Positions 11,481 through 24,632 of a stretch of 46,215 nt of DNA are shown piece after piece. The translations under genes and the position numbers were made by a program. Origin of the DNA: Rozella allomycis CSF55 (Eukaryota); contig KE560523.1 of NCBI GenBank assembly GCA_000442015.1, forward strand, positions 62,001-108,215. Direction: 5' to 3'. Under the pieces are notes generated by a model. It was not told where the DNA came from. It made no database searches and saw nothing but the letters and a program-made list of their open reading frames with translations. Numbering within the stretch: the stretch's first letter is position 1; each line of letters starts with the position of its first letter.

Positions 11481-12455
11481 ATGTCTTTTGTTTTGCCTTT
11501 CTCATCATATCGTTCTCTGATTGCGGATATTAAATTTTCTCTAGCACCTTCTGAATCTTTTCTTAAAAAATATTCACAGTAAATTTTATTCTGCCCTATC
11601 AAAGTATAAATACGGGCACTCTGAATGCAATTTTTAGTCAACAATTGCGAGCACATGTCTTAAAAACATTTCATTTACACAAAAGGAAAAGTCACCAATA
11701 TTATAACTTGTAAAAAAATACATTTAATATCTATTATGATGCTCAAATAATACACATAAGGAATATATCGTTTCACTTGCCGAGAAGATACAGTTACCGC
11801 CATGCGTCTTAGCTCGATTAATACTAGCAACTCATATTGATATAACAGAAGAAGCATTAACAGAAAAAGCTAAAAAGAAAAAGGTGACAAACTGGCTGCG
11901 TGAAATGTCTAATTTTGAGCCATTGTGGCTAAAAGAACAGATAATGCATTGTCTAAATGTAGACAAAATGTTTTCTCCAGATGGAGATCTTATTCGATCA
12001 AATGTTGGAGAACTTGGAGAAAACATTCTAACGAACATTTTAGAACACAAAGGAATACCTTTTCATAGTACAATTATCAACATTTCATTCATTTAGCGGA
12101 AGATGAATTAAGAGAACTAAATTTTCACAAAACTCCAGATGTTAGACTAGAAATTCCTATTGGTATGTATTTAATTTTAGACTAATAAAGCTGTAAAAGG
12201 CAGAATTGTACATTGGATTGAGAGTAAAGCACTGTTCGGTGACTATTATCATCATAAGAAATACGATGAAGCACAATACTCTAGTTATTACAACAGGTAT
12301 TTCACGTCAATTTAGAAATAAGCAGATATGGTCCAGGTTTAGTGATTTATTGGGCAGGTTACATTAAGGAGCTGGAAGAGTGCCAAGATTTCCTTGTCCT
12401 TCACGACTTTCCGCGAGACGAAGATATTGAAGTGATTAAATCACCTTTTCTATAA
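11481..12455 (+). CDS. CDIN1: CDAN1-interacting nuclease 1-like (C15orf41/TPD, PD-(D/E)XK fold)
   Basis: TLNAIFSQQ N-terminal region; KTPDVRL..WIESKALFGD..QYSSYYNRYGPGLVIYW; 5 introns, intron 2 (11710-11738) appears to be GT-TG. Confidence 0.85.
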
Positions 12456-12534
12456 ATTAAATAAATATAATGCGTGAATATTGTTTTAAAAACTATTCGA
12501 ATTGATTTTGAAATTGTCAAAATATTTTTATCGG

Positions 12535-15500
12535 ATGTTCCATCTTAAGAATATTCTAGGTGAGCCAAGTAAAGAGAAAATCGACATTGATATTGTAATA
12601 ATAATTAATAATATTAAAAGGCTGCTTTACTAGAGCTCGAAGAAGACAAACCACGTCCTGAAATTATGTTACCGGATTATGATTACAGCAGAATCCCGGA
12701 ATACCAACCAAACTTACCAGAGCTTTTTCAGTGTATTCCAGAGTTTATTGATTACGAGTTTGAGTTGCAGAGAAATATGAAAACGCTAAAGATAGAAGGC
12801 ATTGGAATAAAGAACAATCAAACGCTAGAAACAAGCAAGAATTCGACATTGATGACTAGAATACCCGATAGACTTGATTCAAGCACTATAAGAGGCAAAG
12901 CAACGAATGTACCATTTATGCCTGGCGGAATGGAAGATGATATTAAAGAGAGACAAAATGATGTGGATGAGGAAGAAAACTTTGATTGGGAAGAATTTAA
13001 GAAGGAGATTGAAAGAAGTGGATTAAAAACAATTGCACCTGGGCTTGATAGGGGATTGATGGTTGATGGGATTAAAAGGAAGAACGAGTTTGAGTTGTTT
13101 GACGAAATTGTTAATGAAGAATTTGATGAGAATAACAATGAGAAAGAAGGAGATTCCAATGTACAGGATGAGAATGAAACGAGTGAAGAGATTGACTCTT
13201 TTGTTCAGAATGTAGAGCTAATGCAGAGCAATAAAGAGAATAAGAATGAGAGACAGAATTGGGCGCACATGATTGATGTGACGACTGAGTTTATAAATTT
13301 TAATGAACTTGTACCTGAATTGGCCCATCAATTTCCATTTGAATTGGATACATTTCAAAAGCATGCTGTTTATCATTTAGAAAAGAATGAATCAGTGTTT
13401 GTAGCTGCGCATACTTCAGCTGGAAAGACGGTTGTTGCTGATTATGCGATAGCCCTGGCAATGAAGCATATGACAAAGTAAGCAAATTTCAGGAGATGAA
13501 ATAGATGTATTTACACGTCACCTATTAAAGCGTTGAGCAATCAAAAGTATAGAGATTTTAAAGAAACATTTGAAGATGTAGGACTGCTCACTGGGGATGT
13601 TCAAATTAAACCGGAGGCTGCATGTTTGGTGATGACTACAGAAATTCTAAGATCGATGCTTTACAGAGGTGCAGATTTGATAAGAGATGTAGAATTTGTG
13701 ATATTTGATGAAGTCCATTATGTGAATGATGCAGAAAGAGGCGTTGTGTGGGAAGAAGTTATAATTATGCTTCCATCTCATGTGAATTTAATTTTGTTGT
13801 CTGCAACTGTTCCAAATACATTTGAATTTGCCAATTGGGTTGGAAGAACAAAGCAGAAAGACATTTACGTGATTAGCACATTGAAGCGACCAGTTCCATT
13901 AGAGCATTACTTATACGCACAAGGCCAATTGCATAAAATAGTTGACAGCAATCGAACATTTCAACCAAGAGGATACAAAGAAGCGTCTGAAGTAAAGAAG
14001 AAGAAAGATGATCGCTTTGGAAAAGTTTCTTGGAATGGAATTTCAATGCTTTTAAAAAAGAAGAATTTGCTCCCTTGTGTCATGTTTACTTTTTCAAAGA
14101 AGAGATGCGAAGAGAATGCAGACTCTTTGGGAAACATGGATTTGAATACTTCAACTGAAAAATCAGCCGTTCACATTTTTGTTGAAAAATCATTTCAAAG
14201 ATTAAAAGGAACCGATAGGGAACTTCCTCAAATTCAAAGAATGAGAGATTTGCTTTCCAGAGGCATAGCTGTTCATCATGGTGGTCTTTTGCCAATTGTC
14301 AAGGAAGTAATTTTAAACTTAATCATTGAATAGTGCGTTGAGATTTTGTTTCAAAGAGGTCTTGTTAAGATTTTGTTTGCTACTGAAACATTTGCTATGG
14401 GAGTTAACATGCCGGCTAGAACGGTAGTTTACACTAGCATTAGAAAGCATGATGGAACAGGATTTCGTGATCTTTTGCCTGGAGAATATACTCAAATGAG
14501 TGGAAGAGCTGGAAGAAGAGGATTGGATGCCACCGGGACTGTTATAATTGCTTGCGGTGATCAAGTTCCCTTTGTAATAAAAATTGTCATTAAAAATAGG
14601 AAAATACACTTAGGCAAATGATTTTAGGTCTTCCAACGCGACTTGAGAGTCAGTTTAGGTTAACTTACAATATGATGCTTTGTCTATTACGAATAGAATC
14701 ATTGAGGGTTGAAGACATGATCAAGAAATCATTCTCTGAAAATTCTGCTCAACTAGCTCTACCAGAACAACATAATAAATTGAAAAAAGTATTTGATTTC
14801 TATCATTGTTAACTAGGGAGCTGAAAAGTTAGAAAATATGGATTCCCTGTCTTGTGGTATTTGTAACATTGATATTGAAACACTATATGAATATAATACG
14901 CTCGCTCTCAATAACATGCATGAAATTTTGGCTGCTCTTTTATCAAGAAAAGGAATAAATTGGTTCATTTCCACAGGAAGAGTGATCATCATAAATAATG
15001 CCCTCTTTAGAAATTGTCCAGCAGTTGTTTTTAAAATAAACTCCAAACAAGGCGCCAAAACTACTTTCACTTGTCTTGCTATCAAAGAATCCCGAGCTGA
15101 TAGATTATCTGGTGAGCTCTTGCCAGCTCCTATTTCATACATTTGCATTCCTGAACAATCAAAACTTACCTTTGAAGTGCTTAACGATGTCTCCTATATG
15201 GAAATTGTTCAAGTCACAAGTGAAAAATTGGCGGTATAATTTGTTTCACTTTGCTAAATTAAGATTGAATTCGATGTCAACTCGCCTAGAGTATCTCCAA
15301 GAGATTTGAATGAAACAGCAATTAATTTACTTACCCTTGTCAACAAAAATCGCTCAGGTATAAAATGTGGCAAAGTGTGACAGGTTTCAGGGATAATCAA
15401 ATTGATAAGACATTTATTGAAGTTAAAGAAAAGGACATGCAAAGAAAAGTTTTATTAAAGAAAATGAAAGATTTGAAATGTATGGCTTGTCCTGATTTAA

Positions 15501-16294
15501 ATGAACATGTAACAATCATTACCATGTTTAATCTAGTATGGGAAATTTCATGAACAGAAATCTTTGGCTGTTCAAGTTGCGGAACTACAAAATAAATTAA
15601 GTGAAAAGAATTTAACCCTGTTGCCTGATTTTGAATCTAGAATTAAAGTCTTGAAACATTTGCAGTACATTGACGATCAATCAACAGTCCAGTTAAAAGG
15701 AAAAGTTGCGTGTGAGGTAATTATATTGAAAAATCAAGATAGATTAATACCACTGATGAATTAATAACAACAGAGTTAATCTTTGATAATCTTTTAGGTG
15801 ATTACGAACCAGCAGAAATTATTGCTCTCTTGTCTTGCATGGTTTTTCAAGAAAAAAGTTCTGATGAACCTCCCAACTTGAATCCAAAATTATCAAATGT
15901 AATCTTATTTTGTAATTGTCATCAAGGGGAAGAAAATGATTGTGGAAACTGCCACTCGTCTAGTCAATTTACAAAACGATTTTGGAATCCCTATAGTGTT
16001 AGACGACGTATTGGCAAACTTGAATTTTGGTTTGGTAGAGGTTGTATACGAATGGGCTCGCGGAATGGTAAATGTTTTTTTCAATATCTTAAATAGTCAT
16101 TTAAGGATATCATGGGATTAACAAATGTTCTTGAAGGGTCAATTGTGAGGTGTATAGTGCGCTTGGACGAAACTTGTCGTGAATTGCGTTCAGCCGCTAG
16201 GATTGTTGGAGACACAAATTTATACAAGAAAATGGAAGAGGCTTCTATTGCCATCAAAAGAGATATTTGCTTTGCGGCAAGTTTATATTTTTAA
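12535..16294 (+). CDS. SKI2: Ski2 DExH RNA helicase
   Basis: [33 protein letters not shown] end [13 protein letters not shown]; ~11 canonical introns. Confidence 0.96.
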
Positions 16295-16342
16295 TAAACG
16301 GTATAAATTAAAGATTAAAATTTGATCTCGCAGCATCTTTAT

Positions 16343-16903
16343 TTAAAGATTTGCTAATACCGCGTCGGCTGACGATTTATCCAAGGGGCCTTCATCAACA
16401 CCAACGTACTTAACAACACCATTGTCTACAATCATCGCATACCTTTTGCTTCTGACACCCATATTTTTTGCTGTCAAATCGAATTCCATCCCTATTGCCT
16501 ATTATAAAATGAATTCAATGTGAAAGTACCTTGGCAAAAGAAACATTGCCATCAGCCAACATTCTTACTTTTCCATGAGCAGAATGTTGTTTAGCCCAGT
16601 AATATAATACAAATGCATCATTGCTCGCAGTAAACAAAATTGTGTCAATTCCCTTCTTTTTTAAATCTTCGTATTTGCTAACAAACCCAGGCAAGTGCTT
16701 TTCACTACACAATGGTGTAAACGCACCCGGTACAGCGACTAAAACAACCTTCTTTCCAGCAAACACTTTTAAAATTTCAATTGACTTTTACAGTCTTTGG
16801 TGGACATCGCATATGGTAGTCCGCAGACATTGGGGTTTTCTTTATTCTCATCAACTGTAATGAAAGTGGCCTCTGGGATTTTATCACCAACTTTAATCTG
16901 CAT
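16343..16903 (-). CDS. Type II peroxiredoxin (PRX5/Ahp1/PMP20-like)
   Basis: VPGAFTPLCSEKHLPGF, NDAFV, RSKRYAMIVDNG; ends -ANL (PTS1-like); 2 introns. Confidence 0.93.
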
Positions 16904-17002
16904 TATTAATTAAAGAATGACCTACGACCATTTAACTTGGAAAATTCAAGTTGTTTAATCAGATTAATCAAAAAACTATCTTTTGAATAGAAAACCCATT
17001 TA

Positions 17003-17741
17003 TTATTGTATATTAGCAAGATAATCTTTAATTTCAGCTTCAGTTAATTTCTTGAACTTTCCAGTACTGGATTGCACAATTCCAATCTCCAAATTACTTG
17101 CAGTCATATGTCCCTCAAAGCCTTCCTTTAATGTAAGAATAGCTGTATGGATTGCATCATCCAGTTCCATATCTTCAGCATATCTCTTTTCCAGAAAAGT
17201 TTTTGCATTCACCATATTCTTGCCAATCGCTGAAGCTTTCCAAGCCCAGTATGATCCAGAAGGATCGACTTGATAAAGAGTTGGTCCATGATGATCATCT
17301 ACTCCTGCGATCAATAAAGAAACACCAAATGGTCTAACACCACCAGATTGGGTGTATTCTTGCATAACAGCGGCGACTTCTCTCACCAACTGCAATGTAG
17401 GTGGATTTTCTTTATACACATTTAAATATTCTTGAGCGGATTTTCTTGATTTACGAACGAGAAGTCTGTAATCTGGACCCATACCAGAATAAACCATTCC
17501 TATGGAATCGCAGACAGTAGCTACTTTTTCAATAGTTGAATCTTCAATTAAAATAGAAGGGGTTTTCTTTTCTGTTGCAATAACTACTCCATTTGTCGCT
17601 AAATAAATGCCATAGTCTTCGGATACCTTTTATGCCTACACTGGTAACACCGGCGTTAACAGCATTTAAAGCGTATTCTATTTGCACTAGTTTGCCACTA
17701 GGTGAAAATGTGGTCAAGGAGAAGGAATATCGACTGGACAT
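17003..17741 (-). CDS. PRE8: 20S proteasome subunit alpha-2
   Basis: [35 protein letters not shown]; 1 intron. Confidence 0.97.
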
Positions 17742-17947
17742 TGCAAGGGTCTCTTCAATGAAGTGTATTTGTATATTTTAATAAATATATAATTTCACTT
17801 TTATAAAATAGGATAAAGAAATTATGTTATCACTCAAACAAACTCACTCATTACTCATTAGGACTATCAATTGAAATCAAATTTGTTAATAATCACCAAT
17901 TCATTTACTAAACCAATTGTATAATCGGAAAAACTATTCTTTTTCAA

Positions 17948-19030
17948 ATGCAAATGATTTACCCTCCAAAATTTCTACAAAGGTGTTTCCGAAATTCGGT
18001 TATGCCTTTAGACAAAATATCGAATGTTTTCGATATAAGTACATTCTTGACACATGAAACAAAAGCGACTCTAGAGAAGGCTTTTGAGAATGTAAAAGCA
18101 CAGAGAAAGGAAACTATGAAACTTGATTTTTTAATCAAAGTGTTACACGAGTTTTGCAAAGAAAATCCGGTAATCATATCAACATATAAACCAAAGCAAT
18201 TATTTAAAGTTGAAGAGCTTTTGAAACTTTATAGAGTTTCAAGATATGTTGATGANAAACTTTATAGAGTTTCGAGATATGTTGATGAAAAATCATTTAT
18301 GGGCATTGACACAATTGAATTAAATAGTGAAATTACGAAATTAGAGAATGAAATAAACGATAAGCAAATAGTTTCTAGAATATTGGCGCCTGCCATTGAA
18401 GAAAAGATCTTCGAAATAGCCTCCGCTTTAACGAATTTTGTATATGGTGATAACGAAGGGAGTAATGCTGGTATAATTTTATTTGCAATCTGTATAGAAT
18501 TAAGTTGGCAATTTTATGACATTCTAAAGTATGTAGAAGGAAAACAACGATCAATTAAAGAACTGTCTGAAGCTCAAATTGTTAACTCACATGAAATTCA
18601 AGTGTTAATAATTAAAACTTTTGATTTAATTGAATCTCTGATAGAAAACGTTTGTGAGTTGCTTCATGAAATAAAGGGTGTACACTGCATTGAAGTAAAC
18701 GCCTCTTTTAATCAACATTATTGTTCAGTTTTGCAAAATATTCACCTTAAACTCGAGTAATGAATTGCTTTAAGATTTATATCAAGATGCTTAAAATACG
18801 AAGCGCTTTTACAGGTTTACGATGAGCCTACTGTTCAAGCACTGCGGACGATTAGAGAGACATATCAAATGGAGCTAATAAGTGTACAAGAAAAATTGAA
18901 CTCAATAGAACATGAGCTAGACCAATATAAGATTCTCGGTGATGAATTCATAAGCCTCAGTACACGTTACAAGTCGGTCTTGGATCAAATAGCGATAATA
19001 CAGGACGATTTAAGTCGATTATCCGTATAG
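17948..19030 (+). CDS. Augmin/HAUS subunit 4-like coiled-coil protein
   Basis: Spliced C-terminus LKLECLKYEALLQVYDEPTVQALRTIR..LDQYKILGDEFISLSTRY resembles the HAUS4 C-terminus; 5' end uncertain; assembly duplication at N 18256. Confidence 0.6.
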
Positions 19031-19132
19031 ATAAGTTGATATTTTCAAATAAACTTAAAGTTATTGTAGTTGTAAATTTTCAAAATTTCCTTGTAATATT
19101 TTTTTTCGAGACCCTTGTTCGTCAAGTCTACT

Positions 19133-19995
19133 ATGGCTACTCAAATCAGCAAAAAGAGAAAGGTAAGACTTATTTCTTTGATTCTTCTTACAAAATGATG
19201 AGTGCTTTTTGCCAAATATTCTGACACCTCTTGTTTGAGTGTTCTTGGCCGAACACGATGCACGGAAAACTTTTCTGATACTTTCTATTTTTAATTTAAT
19301 TTAAATGAACAAATCTAACAATAGTTCGTTGCAGACGGTGTTTTCTTTGCGGAATTAAATGAATTTTTTTCACGTACTTTGGCTGCAGATGGTTATGCAG
19401 GATTAGAAATTCACGTCACTCCAGGTATAAAGCAATTATAACTTTTATATCAGCTCGTACTGAAGTCATTATCCGTGCTACTCGTTTACCAAGCATTGTC
19501 GGTGAAAAGGGACGTCGTTTGAATGAACTTACTTCCCTTGTTCAAAAGCGTTTCAACTTCCCAGATGGTTCTATTCAATTGTTCGCTGATAGTGTTAAAG
19601 AACGCGGTATTTGCGCTGCTGCTCAATGTGAATCTCTTCGCACTAAGCTTCTTAACGGTCTTGCTGTCCGTCGTGCCTGCTACTCAGTTGTCCGCAACGT
19701 TATGGAATCTGGTGCTAAAGGTGTCGAAGTTGTTGTTTCTGGTAAATTACGTGCTCAAAGAGCCAAGAGTATGAAGTTTGCTGATGGATTTATGATCCAC
19801 TCTGGTCAACCATCAAAAGATTTCATTGACTCTGCTGTCAGACATGTCCTCATGAGACAAGGTGTTTTGGGTGTCAAAGTCAAAATTATGCTTGGATATG
19901 ATCCTCAATCAAACAAAGGTCCAAAGAAACCTTTACCTGATACTGTCACAATTCTTGAACCAAAAGAAGATATTGTGCCTGAACTCAAGCACTAA
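19133..19995 (+). CDS. RPS3: 40S ribosomal protein S3 (uS3)
   Basis: [38 protein letters not shown]; long intron 1 (19163-19324). Confidence 0.98.
19192..19281 (+). ncRNA. Intronic box C/D snoRNA candidate
   Basis: Box C ATGATGA (19195-19201), D' CTGA (19221-24), GTGTTC/GAACAC hairpin and box D CTGA (19275-78), all inside the only long (162 nt) intron found. Confidence 0.75.
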
Positions 19996-20106
19996 AATAA
20001 AAACATGCAAATTTCTTCATAATTTATTTTTTTGATTTCTTTTGAATCATTGTCGTGTAAAAGTACTAAAGTGTTTCCATTCCGAAATTTACGAAACTAC
20101 TAAAAC

Positions 20107-21202
20107 ATGTTTTTAGACGATTACCTAGATAGTAAAATTGGTTCGTGACGGTCTTATAGCGGTTGAAGCGTTACCAGTAGATTTGCAAAAACATTTATCA
20201 GACATTAAGGCTCACGATGCGCAAGCGGCAAGTAATAATGATTATCTTCTTTCATATTGAAATATTTGAGAATATTAAAAAGAATACAGAACTATTACTC
20301 TCTGATCAAGGAGAAGAAAACCATCAATCACGTTTAAAAGAAATACATGAACTATTTACAGATATTTTGCAAAAGTCAAATGAAAAACTTGCTTTGGCAA
20401 CAAATGCGTATAATATTGTACAAAATCATTTTGTATTTAATAGGTTGATAAACATGTTATGCGTTTAGACAAGGACTTGGAGAAATTCGAGGAGGAAATG
20501 AACAGGAATGCCGCTCATATAGTCGCGAGAAGTGAAGAAACTAACGAGCAGCCTGCTAAAAGAAGTAATTTTCTTATTTGAATCTAATGTAGGGAGAAGG
20601 CAGGTCAATAAAGAGAAAGAAGTGAAAGAAAGAGCACCGTCTCCTGATAATTCAGTAACTAGTGAAACACAACCTGTTGCATCAAGAGCAAGACGTGCGG
20701 CAGCAAGATCACAGCGATTGCGCGAAGCCAGTTTATCAAAAGAATCGCACTCTAGAACCAGAAATACATCATCCGTCAGAAAGTAAAGGGTTTATGTAAA
20801 TTATAGTTCAGTGAAGATGATTCAGAACAATCTGAAAAGGAAGATCCTGCTGAAGACAAAGAAGAAGCTGAAGTAAAGGAGGAAAAGGTTGAAGAGCAGA
20901 TGCAAGTTGACGAACCAGCAGTTGAAGAAGACGAAAACAGTGAAAAGAAGGAAATGGATTCCTCGCCCCGCAAATTCAATGTTAACGACATGCCTGTTGA
21001 CCCAAATGAACCAGTTTATTGTTATTGCAAGCAAGTTTCATATGGTGAAATGATTGCATGTGACAATGATGATGTAAAGTTTGGTTTATTTTAAGATTAG
21101 TGTGATGTTGAGTGGTTTCATTACGACTGTGTTGGTCTTTCACAGCCACCAAAAGGAAAATGGTATTGCAAGGAATGCGTGGAGAAAAGAAAGTTAAAGT
21201 AG
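20107..21202 (+). CDS. ING-family PHD-finger chromatin protein
   Basis: [17 protein letters not shown]-terminal domain; [41 protein letters not shown]; 6 introns, intron 2 GT-TG candidate. Confidence 0.93.
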
Positions 21203-21291
21203 AGTAAAAATTAATAAATCTTTTTGCAGTCATTAACGACTTTTAAATCTCCATAGAAACCTTTTCATTTAATCTCCGCAAAAAATTAAGC

Positions 21292-21714
21292 ATGCCAGTC
21301 GATATGAATTTAACACAAGAAATAATAAAAGAACAAGAAGAAATGTCTGTAATCTTAGACAATGCAGAAAAGGACATGATAAAAGTGAGTGAAAGATTTG
21401 CTAACACCGTAATAGTAATTCAATTCTTAAAACAGATTAAAGAAATAAAAGAAGAGCTGATAAAATTGCAGAATAATCGAGTAACTCCTAATCCTACACC
21501 AAATTTCGACAAAGCAAAGTCATCAGAGTTTTCGAACAATAACCAAGGGACCCCAAGACTCGATCAGAAAAGGACCAAAATAGTTAAAAATTATAGAATT
21601 CGTTGGGATAGAGTTTTCTTTTGCGCATTCGGGACAATGTGTCTATCCGTAATGGGATCGTTTAATTGGGAGTCATTATTAATTGGTGAAGCCAATTTAA
21701 TATATCCGTACTAG
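21292..21714 (+). CDS. Small coiled-coil, C-terminally membrane-anchored protein, function unknown
   Basis: Open ORF with probable in-frame 27-nt intron; hydrophobic segment VFFCAFGTMCLSVMGSF near the C-terminus. Confidence 0.55.
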   Translation: MPVDMNLTQEIIKEQEEMSVILDNAEKDMIKVSERFANTVIVIQFLKQIKEIKEELIKLQNNRVTPNPTPNFDKAKSSEFSNNNQGTPRLDQKRTKIVKNYRIRWDRVFFCAFGTMCLSVMGSFNWESLLIGEANLIYPY

Positions 21715-21808
21715 GCGCTTTGTAAAGTTTCTCAATAAATTAGAAATATATTTTGATTTTTGATAATCTGCTTGGTTTGGAACTTCGCTCAGCCCCACAA
21801 AATATTTC

Positions 21809-23169
21809 ATGGAGGAACTTTGTCTTGTTTCTTCAAATAATGAAAGTTCAAATTTAATAGCATATAATATTCGAACCGGTGCTATTCTGGCATCCTTCAA
21901 GGGGGCATTTTGTGAAGTCCATGGTTTTGCCCACGGGAAAGATAAACTATATGTTGCACAAGCCAATAAAGCTCTTCTCCTTTCATACCACACCTCAAAA
22001 GTATAGGAAAACAGTTTCATAACATAATAGGAAAGCATACAAAGTCGCTCAGTATGTCCTGAAGTTTTGACAACATTAACTGTTGATCCAAGCGGATCCT
22101 ATTTAGTTGGCGGATCTATGAGCGGGAAAATCTACATATGGCTTATATCGTGTGGTTCTTTGTTAAAAGTTGTGGATGCACACTACAAAAAAGTTAACAA
22201 AATCATTTTCACTAATGATGCTTCGACAATTATTAGTTGTTCCGAAGATTCATTGATAAAAATATGGGATTTTCAAGAGTATCATCTTTTAATAATAATA
22301 ATAGATTCTTCATCATCGAAAGAAATCAGCCAAGTCACACTATTGTGGATCATTCTTTACCAGTAACTGACATGGCTATTTCAATCGGCACTAAATCAAA
22401 CTCAATTCTATTTTCATGTAGTCTTGATCAAACTTGTCATGTAATCTTAACACTGTTTCAAGAAAGATATTTGATGTTCTAACAGGAAAGAGAATTTCCA
22501 CCTTATACTTTTCATGCGGGCTGACTTCCATCGCAGTTAACTCAATAGGAAATAAGTTATTTGTGGGGTCTATTTACGGGAATATTTTTGGAGTAAATTT
22601 ATCAGAACGTGAAACGACTGATGTTTCCTTTGATGAGAACCTTCCATACTGTTTTACATTTAATTGTCACAAAAGACCAATTACATGTCTTGATGTATCT
22701 TTCGATGATACATTGCTTGTTTCTGGTTCTTCTGATGCAAAGTTAATTGTTTGGTCCATAGAAGGCCGTCATGTCACTCGTACTCTAGATAACATTGGTG
22801 GTAAGGATCGTTACTGTCCCAAATTTCAGGACCGATAACCCAATGCTCCTTGATTCTAAAATCTGAAGCATTTATTAATAAAGAACTTGGCGAGAATATC
22901 CAAATGCCGATATATAAAAGGACTTTAGAACATATCTCATCTCTTAGATGTCCAATAGAAATAGAACAAAGTTTTGATGATGAAGAAGATTCAGACATTG
23001 AAATTATTCCAGTAAAGTTATGCATATTTTAAAAAAGAAAATTGATGTCGATTCTGCGGTTAGGGAACAATTAAGACAAATGGAAGAAAAATATTCAAAG
23101 TTGTGCCAAAAACATGTAAAGTATCAAAATGCTTATGATCATCTTTATCAATATTTTGTTGATAAATAA
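21809..23169 (+). CDS. IPI3: WD40 pre-rRNA processing protein Ipi3/WDR18
   Basis: NIRTGAILASFK, GGSMSGKIYIW..SCGSLLKVVDAHYK, DHSLPVTD, C-terminal coiled coil; 5 introns. Confidence 0.85.
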
Positions 23170-23186
23170 ACATTAATTTATTACAC

Positions 23187-23502
23187 CTAATATTGCTCTC
23201 GATAGTTTTCAATGTTCTCAGCATAATCCAATAGATTCTCAAGTTTGTAAGCTTTACTAGTTTAAAAAAGTATTTACCCGTCTCTTTGTGAGTGTGATCA
23301 TTTTCAATTACAAATCTTGGTTCTTCTTCTGATGCATTAATGTTCCTATACTCTGATTCCTGTTTTTCAGTCAAAATCTTCTTAATGACTCCTGTTGATA
23401 TTTGCATAGCTTGTCCAACAGGCCTATATACTACGTGATCACCTCTATTCTTGTGATGAAAGTTTTACCCTCTTGGAATTCGACAGCAGGTTCTTTTGTC
23501 AT
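23187..23502 (-). CDS. Small Hva1/DUF2945 Tudor-like protein
   Basis: Two introns give EFQEGDHVVYRPVG..STGVIKKILT..ASEEEPRFVIENDHTHKETAYK. Confidence 0.65.
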
Positions 23503-23577
23503 AAAAGCGAAATAGCTTTGAGGTTTGTTAACTAAAGTAGAGAAAAATAAAGTTATCAGATTAAAGTTTATTTGTGA

Positions 23578-24302
23578 TCAAATGATACGTTTAACTTCAA
23601 AGAACTGCTTCAAATAATAAATCTGCCAATAGCAAACACCAATAAGCATCCCCAATTGGAATATTGACCACCAGAGAACTCTTGAATTTGTGCTTTCAGC
23701 GGCTATTTTAAATGATCAAATAAATTTACTATCACGATGTGCTCTTTCTCTTGCGACAATGTACATTTGCTCATCTTTAATTGTACGAAGACCATGAGTA
23801 AGTTCCCTGATTTCTCTATCTAAAGGATTTAGTAAATCTATTTGCAAAATAGAAATATTATTTACCGTCTTTGGAATCCTTCTTGTCTGGGTTGAGTTTT
23901 CCAAAATATGGAGCTCCGCTAACAGAAAAGCTCACCTATAAAAAAGGATGATGGTCTATACCCGTTTATCGCCATTTGATGCTTGTTCATTGAAGAAGCA
24001 ATAAGTATGCTTTCCATCATTCTCAGCGACAAAATGAAAACCAGCTGCATATTGTTTGTATTCCGCATGAATAAGCTCATCAAATGGGCCATTAATCTAT
24101 GGAATAAATCGTTTTGAATTACCTTCAAGTCGATATCCAAGTTTCCACCGTGTTCAACTTGAAAATTGACACCCATTTTGTCGCCCTTTTTCAAAGTTTC
24201 GAAAAAACAGGCTTTATCTCTTGCTTTAACTTCAGTAACAAAAGCTGATATTGAAATTATGAATAGAGTGAGAGAAAAGAGAATCTGTAAAGGTAGTTGC
24301 AT
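23578..24302 (-). CDS. EMP24: p24/GOLD cargo receptor, Emp24/TMED2-like
   Basis: Signal peptide, CFFE..GGNLDID, EQMYIVARERAHRDTAESTNSRVLWWS, FFEVKRII end; 4 introns. Confidence 0.9.
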
Positions 24303-24632
24303 CTATGTTGTGTCAAGTTACAAGGGTCATAAGCGAAAGACGGATGTATTGGGAGTGTCCAATGAAAAATTAATATAGAATATCGCCAACAAAAATTGAC
24401 TTTATAAAACAGAATTCTCCCAATTTATTGAGATATTTTGTTCGGCATAGAAAATTTGCCACGAGGCTGGTTAAAACTATGAGCTTGAAGTTTGATTTGA
24501 AATCATGATGTGTTTAGAAGAGAATCTCTGTTATTTTTTATTACAAATAAATAGAAAAGATACGAATTTAAATAAAAAGAAAATGAAGTTAATATTTTAA
24601 AAAAAATTCAATAGAATAATCGAATTTACTTT

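Noticed and set aside
11429-11656. Minus-strand 75-aa ORF
   Set aside because: Antisense to the CDIN1 5' exons, which have homology support.
15358-15383. Apparent frameshift in SKI2
   Set aside because: Resolved by a canonical 26-nt intron gtataaaatgtggcaaagtgtgacag.
17599-17626. GTATCC donor as a possible U12-type intron in PRE8
   Set aside because: It continues GA rather than TT, has no TCCTTAAC branch site, and has ordinary length and an AG end.
18224-18288. Tandem peptide repeat KLYRVSRYVD (also IPGLGTS at 30180)
   Set aside because: The copies flank a single N; most likely an assembly artefact rather than biology.
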